NCBI RefSeq assembly: GCF_006345805.1
Contig: NC_042999.1
Coordinates: 33,294,001-33,358,000, forward strand
From: Octopus sinensis
Lineage: Eukaryota
Direction: 5' to 3'
Length of the DNA: 64,000 bases
Below the pieces are notes generated by a model. It was not told the origin of the DNA, did not search any database, and saw nothing but the letters and a program-made list of their open reading frames with translations. The translations under genes were made by a program, and so were the position numbers. Positions 53,353-64,000 of the stretch are shown in pieces (position 1 is the stretch's first letter; each line of letters begins with the position of its first letter).

Positions 53353-54939
53353 TTATTTCTTAACAGCATATTAACACACGCCAATATGCGTTTTCAAAAC
53401 ATGATCTAGTAGATGTGATTCGTGAATACAACACCAGTTTGCAACATTAAACGGCACGGAACTTAATCGTTGGAGTAGCAAAATGTAGCTTAGTAGAAGA
53501 ATGAACATCGTTGTGCTGCCAATGAGGTTGGTATGATATGTCACCTACTGAAAATTATTTTCAGTTGTCTTCCTTATTTTAAGGAAACGAAGTTTTGTTC
53601 ATGCATTTGAAGATTACTTCGACCATATCTTGATTTCAACTTTCGGCATTAGATTCTCGTGTAAATGATGTTCATATGAATAGTGCCACATGAAATATGC
53701 CCCAAAGATTTAAACAAACTCTACAACAAAACAGAATCAAGAGCGGATAATATTAGGATGTTTGAAATACTTCATGTCACAAACCAATGTCTTTCCTTCA
53801 TTCCAGCAACTTTTGTGTGAAATTTTAAAACACTTTCGAGTTATGTATGGACCATTTGTAAATCATTGCTGATTTCATTATATTCTATACATACAAGTAT
53901 CAACATTCTATAGTTTAAAAAATAACACTTATTTGTTAATGTCTGCGTAACATGGTTTTTAACAATGCTACTTTCTTATAATGTCCAGAGGATGCAAATT
54001 AAAATGAGTATTAAATATTCCTATTTGTTCGTAAAGTGAGACGTCGAAGTTTTTGAAAGGACTTTCAGTAGTTAGTATGGAAGTAATGGAGAGATTTAAC
54101 CGTGGATGTGTGGCTCCAAGTGGAGTGCAACATTATCCATAAATTCTAACACGTATTAATGTCAGTATGTGTTACATCACATGCTGCTAATATAATGTGA
54201 TATCAGGACGTTCCTGCAGAAATTTTCAACACATTTAATATTCACTATGTATAAATCAGCATAGCCAAACGGTACAAAGATGAAATTTGCTATACTATTG
54301 CCATGGATATTCTGTGCAAACTATAATAGAATATATAAATACTGAATAAAATTCACACTGTGGCATTTCTCATATGAAATAAATCAATGTCTATCTTCAA
54401 GTAACACATTTAGAGTTAGAGAAAGATATTATACCACGTTGACACATTCACATGATCTATCAAAGGTTTGTGAATATGTCTGTTTCTCAGAAGACTAAAA
54501 TGTGGCATTTATTGAATACATCTCGAGTTTCGTTTATTTAGAAGGCGTGTGAGTTTCGTAACCAGTATTATAGTGACGACCTCCATAAATAGGTTTCGTG
54601 TGCCTCTTATTCTTAGGTGACGACAGAAGAGCGTTTTGAATTTCCAAAGTTAGGATCGCCATAGGGCTAACGTCCTTTCAGCTAGAATTTATTGCAATAT
54701 TTAATATATTTTCCATATAATTATATAATTAGTGTGAAACACTGTCCCTGAATTTGGGTGAGCTTGTTAACCGTCGATCCACTCCACGTTTTAAATTGCG
54801 TCTGGTCTGACCAAATCCAAATCTGAGTTGATAAAGACATTTTCAATTACTGCCTATGAATTCCAAACCAACTGACAACATTTCACAAGAATATAGATCA
54901 GGATACATCGGGTAATATGCAAAGAAATGGGAGATATGG

Positions 54940-55690
54940 TAAGTAATTTTCTTAACTTTAAAAAAGAAAGGATCTATGCTAAATACAAGAACGAAGACAG
55001 AAAAAAAGAGGTAAGTTCACTCATCATTTCATCTATTTGTTTAATGTACATATCCACTGTAATTGCCCTACCAGATCCAATGAAGCTGTGGTGTATGACA
55101 CCAGCGGTAGACAACAAAACAGACACTATTAGCTTGTGGGGGGAAATTCTTGCTTTTTGTTGTTTTGTCACTTTATGTCTATCCAACTACAGTGCAGAAT
55201 GCTTGTTATTGTTGAAAAACATCCATTTTTCATCATACGTAACAAAACGATACAAAAACGGTTCACTTTCAAGCCGTGACATCCAAAAACAGCAAATTTC
55301 AAGACGAGGTATCATTTCATGCTCGTTCAGTTCGTGTGATACCCACATGTGCAGCTTCTTTACCATACCGATTTGTTTCAGATGGTCAAAAATAAGGTGG
55401 AATTGAAACAGAAATCCTTGCTGCTAACTCACACGTAGTTTGAGATGTATCCGCTTGCACTACAGTTTCCAGCTCATCATTATCCACCTTAGCCACAGGT
55501 CTACCACGGGCTGATTTTTACGAGTAAAGTCACCAAACCGGAGCTTTTCAAAACATCAACGTACAGTCCGTTCATATGCCACATCTTCACCATACACATC
55601 ATTTATGGTTCTAGCTGTCTGGGATGCATTGGTTCCACGATGCCACTTATATTAATAAACAACACGAATTTTTGATATATCCATGGATTC
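54940..55690 (-). mobile_element. Decayed mariner transposase
   Basis: MDISKIRV...NASQTARTINDVYGED..YERTVR; VTYDEKW; PHKLIVSV...AGVIHH; stops and frameshifts. Confidence 0.85.
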
Positions 55691-55859
55691 TCATAATTTG
55701 ATTTACAAGAGAAAGCTCACAATATAATCAGACACCATGAATTGCATTTCGAAATGTGATGATGTAACTCTTCAATGTTGTTAAATAAAGAATTATCAAA
55801 ATAAAATATTAGAGTTAACGACTATCAAACTTGGTGCATACGAAATTCCTCACAACCCA

Positions 55860-56136
55860 CAACCCACTGCACGTAACCAAGCCCTGCCAATGCAACCCAT
55901 GTGTTTGGCTTCGAGGGGCTGGTTTAACACCAGTCTTTTGGCCTTCACCTCAGCCACTGAACCAGTTCTCATTCCTTCCTCTAAGTCCTTGACTAACGTT
56001 GATTCCCCTCTAGCCTCTCAAGCCACTAAACCTATGCTATATCTAATAGACTCGTATTTAATGGATCGCTTGAGGGCATACCACCATTTATTGTTAATAA
56101 TGTCAATGCCCTCTGAATCAACAACTTAATCCGGTC
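55860..56136 (-). mobile_element. Tx1-clade LINE linker fragment, continuing 58061-58140 across the CR1 insertion
   Basis: DRIKLLIQRAL..INNKWWYALKRSIKYESIRYS matches the homologous stretch of the 12264-13001 ORF. Confidence 0.75.
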
Positions 56137-58060
56137 TGGGCTGAATTCAAAAATCTGGATTCGACTGCAGCTTTTGAGGTGTACAAAACACAACGAGACC
56201 GAGCCGTGAAAATCGAAAAGAAAGAACGCTTCAGTTATGAATACGAAATCGCGGCAAATGCCAGTAGCAATCCAAAAACCTTCTTTGCTCATGTCCAGCG
56301 GAATTCTCGCTTGAACAACCAGATTGCAACGTTGGTAGACTCAACAGGCGTATCGATTGAGGACCCTTATCAACAGAGTCAATTATTTGCCGAGGCTTTT
56401 TCAACTATTTTCAAACAAGATGATGGTCGTGAACCCCCTCCATTTGATAGATCGGTACCTCCAATGCTTCGATTGGTCATCACGCGGGACGAAGTCAAAC
56501 GTGTTATTCAAGGCCTCGATGTCAACAAGGGTCACGGCCCTGACGGCATACACCTACGGGTTATCAAAGCGTTGGCTCCGGTCATCTGCGAGCCCTTAAC
56601 GCGACTATTCAATATGTCATTGGCGACGGGTGTTATACCTGCAGACTGGAGAACAGCGATAATCTGCCCAATTTTCAAGAAAGGGAGCCGCGAAGACCCG
56701 CTTAACTACCGACCGGTTTCCCTTACATCAATAATCAGCAAGATGTTCGAAACCATCCTTAAGAAAAGTATGATGCTCCACCTCCTAAACACAGCCTCTA
56801 TCTCTGATTCTCAACACGGCTTCGTGCCGAAGAGATCATGCTTGACCAACTTACTAGTAATGGAAGAATTGGTGACGCGCATCCTCGATGATAGTGATGC
56901 TGCTGACATCATTTTACTGGACTTTGCCAAAGCTTTTGACTCGGTAAACCACCGCCTATTACTTGTCAGGCTTCAAGCATATAGTTTTCATCCGGATATT
57001 GTACGATGGGTTGGTGCCTTCCTCTCAGATCGCTCCTTCCAAGTTCAAGTTAATGGTTCGCTGTCCGACGTCTCCAGTGCGAGCAGTGGCGTGCCTCAAG
57101 GTTCAGTGCTTGGGCCCTTGTTGTTCTTAGTCTTCATAAATGACTTGCCCGACGGCCTCACGCAACACACCCTTCTATTTACCGACGATATCAAACTGGT
57201 CGCTCCTCGCGGTAATATAGAGGATCTTCGTCGATGCCTCCACCAAATTTGGAAGTGGTCTAACGATTGGGACCTGTGTCTGAACGTGTCAAAGTGCTGT
57301 CATCTGCCTGTCGGCTCTACTCCTGCAACTCAACTTGATTTCGAGCCGGGTCGTCTGCTGCTGGAGAGGACCGATCAGGTAAAGGACCTAGGTATCTTGG
57401 TGGATTCCTCCTTTTCGCCTTCGACCCAGTGCGTCCATGCTGCCAACAAAGCACGCGGAATTCTGTTCTTGATTCGACGGTCATTCGGAATGCTCACAGC
57501 AGCCATATTCCTACCACTCTATGTCACGCTGGTGAGACCCATATTGGAGTATGGGATTCAAGCCTCTTCTCCTTATCTCCTCAAAGACATACAGCATCTC
57601 GAAAGAGTCCAGAAGCTGGCTACCCGCATGGTTCATGGTCTCAAAAATTTGTCCTACGAAGAAAGGCTGAGGACGCTCGACCTTTATTCTCTTGAAAAAC
57701 GCCGCCGCCGTAGTGATCTCATTCTCGCCCACAACATCATAAACGGAAAGTGTAACCTCTCGAAAGAGCTGTTCTTCACTCCTGCTCCAGAGCGTCGGCT
57801 GCGGGGTCATTCCGAAAAGCTCTACCTGCGACGATTTCATCTCAATCGAAGGAGAGGAGCTTTCTCCGTCCGGGTTGCGGATTCGTGGAACAAGCTGCCA
57901 GACGAGATGGTAAAGATGCCGACGACCGCTTTGTTCAAAGCCTCCCTGGACCTCAAGTGGCCTGAACTCTTTACATGATCACCACCCTGTACTTAACTCC
58001 ATGTCCCCCTACATGGCCTTGCTATTTGCTTTTGAGCCAAATTAACTAACTAACTAACTA
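56134..58060 (+). mobile_element. Young 5'-truncated CR1-clade LINE; uninterrupted 599 aa RT ORF (56179-57978), 3' stem-loop and (TAAC)n tail
   Basis: NYRPVSLTS, QHGF..KRSCLTNLL, LDFAKAFDSV, GVPQGSVLGP, FTDD (57178-57189), LERVQ; CCATGT/ACATGG hairpin at 57999-58016. Confidence 0.95.
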
Positions 58061-59335
58061 CTCGCCAAAAGGGTCTCACTAAGTTTCCAGTAGCCGGAGC
58101 CTCTTTTGTATAGATTATTTATGTCTAGCATACAGGTGACCGTTGACAAATGCTTTTAAGATAAAATGCGATTAAAAATTGACATATACAATATTTAGCG
58201 AAGGATAGTAAACAACACAAAAGACACAACAAATAGCGAACGAGAAAAAACATCCGTTTCACCTGCGGAGACCTCACACATTCACCATCCAGAAGAATCC
58301 AGAGATGCCTTAACCTCACCGCGTATATGCGAATCATTAGCCAAGAGATACAGAGTCCTTCCTTTTACGGTCTTTGGCAGCAAATAGAGCGTCTTATAAG
58401 TGACTTCGAGCCCTTCCACAAAAACGAAAGTGCTGTCTTTCCAACTTGATCAACCGCAAATCCGAGCAAGGAACGACGTTTAGGCGGTAGGAAATAACCG
58501 ATGCGATAAACACATTGGCCACTTCCGCCCTCCCTGTCAGAGATACCAACCGCCAAGATCAGGTCTTGAGTATGTGTGCCAACTTGCTCGACACCTTAGC
58601 CCAGTTCTAGGTCTGGACCAAACCAGACCCCATGCAATTTAACCGGTCCCACCATCCAACGTCCTACCACGCTCACCGAAGGCATCGACTTGCCCCTCCA
58701 GGTGTCGAGTTGCTAGCCGACCTATTTTTCCCGGTTAAGTTTAGCTCCTGCCACCGTCTCGTAAACCTCAATGGCCTTGCCTACCTCCTGTAGGTGTTCC
58801 ATTCGGGTTATGCTGATAGTGATGTCATCCGAAAAAATCTGAAACCGACTCTCCACATCCTGGTTCTCTCGGGATGCCACTCAACTTTCACAGTAACAGG
58901 TCAAGAGCCATCACATACAAAAGCGGTGAGAGCGGACACCCTTGGCGAACCCAGCATTTGATACAGTACGGCTTCGATAAAAAAAAAACCGTTCACTCGA
59001 ACGATCGAGTTATTGTAATCACACAATTGTATTATCCACCTAAGGAAGCCAAAGCCCAAGCCGAACTGTGCAAGAACCGATGGTTAACCTTACCGAAAGC
59101 CTTAAATTGGTCTAAATGAACCAATACCCCACCTTTGCCAGTTGTACTCCCAAACCCCTCTGCGGTGTAGCAGAGAAGAGGGAGATTATCCTGCATGATT
59201 TTACCGGGAGCACACATGTGTGTGCCTTCCCGATCAGACCAGCCGTGACACGCGCAAATCCTTTTGCTATCACCTGGGCCAAAATCTACACTTCTGTTAA
59301 TGTCATGAGTAGGATGCCCCCTTGATCGTATGAGG
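58061..59335 (-). mobile_element. Tx1-clade pieces: decayed RT and 3' end (58140-59335) joined to an endonuclease C-terminal fragment (58061-58140)
   Basis: LDQFKAFGKVNHRFL; FSDDITI; GAKLNREK; VTCMLDINNLYKRGSGYWKL. Confidence 0.75.
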
Positions 59336-59386
59336 TGGGAACCCTCGTCATCGTAACCGATGGCGTGCTCTATGAATATATATATA

Positions 59387-59433
<47 letters not shown>

Positions 59434-60920
59434 TTACATATATACGCAGGATTTCTTTCAGTTTCGTTTCACCAAATCCATTCCCTTGGTTTTAGTCTAT
59501 AGCAAAGGATGTCACTCAGTGCAACTGATTCAGGAACCATGTGGATGAGAGAGAAACCTATGTAACCTATGCGATACATTCACATAGTAAATGAAGTTTA
59601 GGTTTCTGTTAGTGTTTCACTAAAGCACGTGATTTTATTACGAATAATTTGGTTTTCTTATAAAATATTCCTCTGTTCTTACACCAGTGTTTCTATTATG
59701 TATGGGCGCGTGTCTTTATATATGCGCACTCGTGTGTTTCTATATGTTTCTATGTGTGCGTAAGTATATGTATAAAGTGAGATAAGAATTATGCATTGCG
59801 AAATTATGTTAACACATCTTGTAAAATTGCATCTGCTTTGTCTTACACATCAATATTATTTGAAGTTATCTTACACACGTTTTTGAAGGAAAAATTATTT
59901 TAGTTATTTGCAAGTCTTATCTCCTGTCAAAAGAATCACTGGGAGGAAGAAATCTTTCTTAATATCTATGTTATTTGACAAGCAAACCAATGTGGGGAAA
60001 CGTTTTTACGTCCTCAAATACTGCTTTGTGCAACTACACACAACAAAATAGTCAAGCATTATACTGAGAATAGTGTTTCGGATATATTCTCATATTTGTT
60101 AATAATATTCACTGCATGGCATTAAAATGATAAGAGTTGTAGAATTTAAGCTTCTTAGCATTGTTGATTAAAAAGCGCAACGTACGAGTTTTGCCTCTAT
60201 GTTCCTAAAAAAAAGTTACAAGAAAATATTATTTAAAATATTGCATAGCAAACGCTGCACTAGTACTGTTTATACACGCACCAAATTCTACTACAGTTTT
60301 TGCAGTATTACTTTGGTATAACAGTTATTACGATCGAACGTTTCCACATAACGTGTTCCGTATTCTGTAGCCGGTGTAGCTTAATCTTTCCATTTTATGC
60401 TGCTCTTGCGAATGTATTTAGATTTTAACAGTTTATATTATATTATGCATTCTCAGATATATTTCTAATTATTTTGGGGTCTAGGTTACGTCACGTAGCA
60501 CATTAATCTAATAATATGCACATTGAATATTGCTCGGGGCTTTATAAATTTACAATATAATATAAATAGAATAGAATGAAAATTCAAATGAAATATTTCT
60601 TTAAATCCAGTACTTTGCCACTGCCAATGCACTACACTCATGGAAATACTGGGCGATGCTTTATTAGCCGGAAGAAATGAAAAGTATTTGAACCCAAAGG
60701 AAATACATACTTTTCATTTCACTCTCTAACAACAAGTACGCACAAAATATGGTAAAATTTTACTGCTTTCGCTATGTATTTTACTTGCAAGAATACGAAG
60801 AATTCCATCTATATTTCATAATGTACACCTACCAACGCAAGGCAATTCCGAGGGCAAAATAGGTCATTCTATTCCTGAAGCATTTATAAATACTTTTTGA
60901 TACATAATATACAACATGTC

Positions 60921-61017
<97 letters not shown>

Positions 61018-61399
61018 ATATATATATATTAATACATATGTAATAGCTGTTGTTTTCATTATATTGGGATATATATATGACTATGCCATATTCATAAAGT
61101 ATTGAAATAAACGTTCTGCCTGAAGGGCTATTCTAGTCAAGATTTAATATATACACATTCACACATGCATATATACATATACGTATGCATGTATGTATGT
61201 ATCAATATATGTGTGAGTGTATGTATGTATGTATGTGTGCGCGAGCGCGTGTGTGCGCACTTTCCTTTTTAGCTTTCTGTAAGCTTCGTTTCATTTGGGG
61301 TTCAAGGACTGAGAAAGCAGTGTATTGCCTAATTGTTTTTTCTAAAATAGATCATGAATTTCTGCTGATCTATCTGAGAACCAGTCACTGGAGTTATGA

Positions 61400-62130
61400 G
61401 TTTTAAATTTCACTGACGGACTTGCAACCTGAAATACTTTTGTTTTGAAATCTCTCCCCAGATTGTTTGGGTCAACATTGATACTTTCCATAGCATCGTG
61501 GAATCTTTGCAAGTCGTTTGATAATTTACAGTTTGCAACATTTAACTTTTTGTGTACCTTAGGACCAGACGGTCAATTTTCATGCATTATTGAAAAATCT
61601 ATTTTTCCACACACTAGATGATAGTCAGTCCAGCTCTCTGACACTTTCATGACCTGAACGCTAGAAACATATTTCATATCACATTTCCTGATCAGAATAT
61701 AATCTGAGATGTCAGTGCTTAGATTCTGGGTGCATCCAAATGGTCCTATATTTATTTTTCTGCTGAAAGAAAGTGTTGGTGACAACCAGATTATTCTCAG
61801 TACAAAATGTCGAAAGACCTACTCCATGTTTATTGCATTTTCCAGTCCCTTGTCGGTATAAAACATGCCATGAAACATAGTCCTTTCCAAATCTTACATT
61901 GAAATTTCCCAATATGCCTAGCTTGTTAGTAATTGATACTTCCATAAATAATTGTTCTAGATCCTCATACAACTGTCCTACAGTTTCATCAGAATGGGAC
62001 GTAGTTGGTGTATAAATACTGACAACGGTAAGAAACCTACCTTATGTTAGTTTAATACAGCATGACATGATCCGCTCAGATATACAACTTGGAAGCTCTG
62101 CAATGGAGGATACTAATGTATTCTTGAGAG
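61400..62130 (-). mobile_element. Decayed RTE-clade LINE endonuclease region
   Basis: ORF 61712-61972: LGNFNVRFGKD...FCTENNLVVTNTFFQQK...WMHP. Confidence 0.8.
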
Positions 62131-62145
62131 CAAACCCAAGACCAG

Positions 62146-62219
62146 AGAATGTGAACTCACAACATACGGACGGAGAAAATACTTAATGTCACTAAATAAT
62201 TTTTCTGGCATACTAAGAT

Positions 62220-62264
<45 letters not shown>

Positions 62265-62418
62265 GTGAAACTTTAGTGAGTGTTATTAATAAGTTACTGA
62301 TTTTAACGATCATCAAAAATGAAGGCTAAAGTCTATCTCAGAGAAATGTGAACTCACAACATACGGACGGACAAAATACTTAGTGTCACTAAATAATTTT
62401 TCTGGCATACTGAGACAT
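62146..62418 (+). repeat. ~75 bp direct repeat pair (62146-62220 and 62341-62418), each followed by (TA)n
   Basis: TGTGAACTCACAACATACGGACGGA...AAATAATTTTTCTGGCATACT occurs twice. Confidence 0.8.
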
Positions 62419-62771
62419 ATATATATATATCTGTGTGTGTGTGTGTGCGTGTGTGTGTGTATATGTGAGTGTGCCTGTGTATGTATGCATATGAATGTTT
62501 GTGTCTTTATGCGTATAAAACAGAAGAAAATGTTATGTGTCAAAAACACACACAAAAATGCACATAGGCACACAAAGACACACGCACACGTACACGCATA
62601 AGAAATTACATACATATATATATATATATACATATATATATTATATATACATATAAATACATACATACATATTTATACATATATATATATATACTTTGAT
62701 ACTTTGATACTTTGATATATATACAATGTATATATATATATATATACATATAAATACATACCTATATATTT

Positions 62772-62867
<96 letters not shown>

Positions 62868-63016
62868 CAGTAATTGTTTATGTACATTTGCTTGGAAATT
62901 TTGATTTTGAAAGCTTGTGGCATTATCTGGGAGTTTTGTATTCTTTTTTTCTTTGTGTGTGTAATTCTTCTCCTTTGTTTGTTCATCACTTTGATATACA
63001 TGAATATATGTATATA

Positions 63017-63088
<72 letters not shown>

Positions 63089-63228
63089 TTCTGTGTGTGT
63101 TTGTGTGTATGTATGTGTCAAGGTCATTATAAAAGTAAAAGAAAACATTATATGTCTATATATATATGTGTATATATACAAATATATGTATAGATATGTA
63201 TATACGCACTTGCATACATACATATATA

Positions 63229-63263
<35 letters not shown>

Positions 63264-64000
63264 CTTAGACACACACAAACATATATATACACATATAATG
63301 CTTTTTTCAACTTTTATAATGACCTTGATAATAGATTTCATCACGGTATATCGTAATTCGTTATTTTAACTTTGTTGTCATTCATCCTACTTACTTTTGT
63401 TTATAGATGTGTTATTGCAGCCATCATAGTTTCTTCCATTAGAAATCAGGTCTGTCTTGCAATGCTGTCTTTTTTCTAATTTCCATTCTTTAGTATTATA
63501 TCCTGTTTATGTATGTGTATATGCATGTATAACTATATCCCTGTGTGTGTGTATGTGAGTGTGCGTGTCTATGTATGCATATGAATGGTTGTATATCTGT
63601 GGGTATAACAGAGACGAAAATGTTATATGTCAACTGAAACGACATGAGATGTACATTATATGGGAAATAGAACACGCGCTCTACCAAATCTAATTTGAAA
63701 CACTAGAACGTCGTATCAATCAGCAAAATCAAAACTGACCTTTACAAACAAACTACGTACATGAAATAGACAAATGGTAAAAAGGAATCCTTTGTCAACT
63801 ATCTCAAGTACAAACTAGCTAATAAATATCGGAATGCAAAAAATGTTTGTCAGTCACAAAGAATACGAAGACAGAACTTAAAAAAAAAAACATAACGAAA
63901 TGGCATTACACAGCAAACCATGGAGAACAATAACCACACACACTACTCGAAAATGGTCAGAAGAGAACAGCTGAACGCAATCCCGTCTATACTTACATAC

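Overview
AT-rich, microsatellite-saturated eukaryotic DNA. The SINE families and (TA)n/(TG)n/(TCTA)n load suggest an octopus (cephalopod) genome; this is inferred from remembered repeat families, not a database search. I found no convincing host exon, and almost all listed ORFs are microsatellite translations or transposon relics. The window is a nest of mobile elements: Penelope-like elements (one near-complete RT plus GIY-YIG copy at 29.7-32.1 kb), an almost complete R4/Dong-type RLE LINE inserted in (TAA)n, a young CR1-type LINE nested in a Tx1 LINE, Gypsy, RTE, mariner and Harbinger relics, and four or five tRNA-derived SINE families. The main unannotated signal is a dense set of type I hammerhead ribozyme (HHR) motifs in Penelope pseudo-LTR (pLTR) or retrozyme-like repeats. 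Four have fully canonical cores (8738-8821, 9981-10064, 48142-48216, 48739-48825), several are decayed, and some have unusual cores, including a G3-C8 compensatory variant at 43189-43238. All structures were folded by eye.
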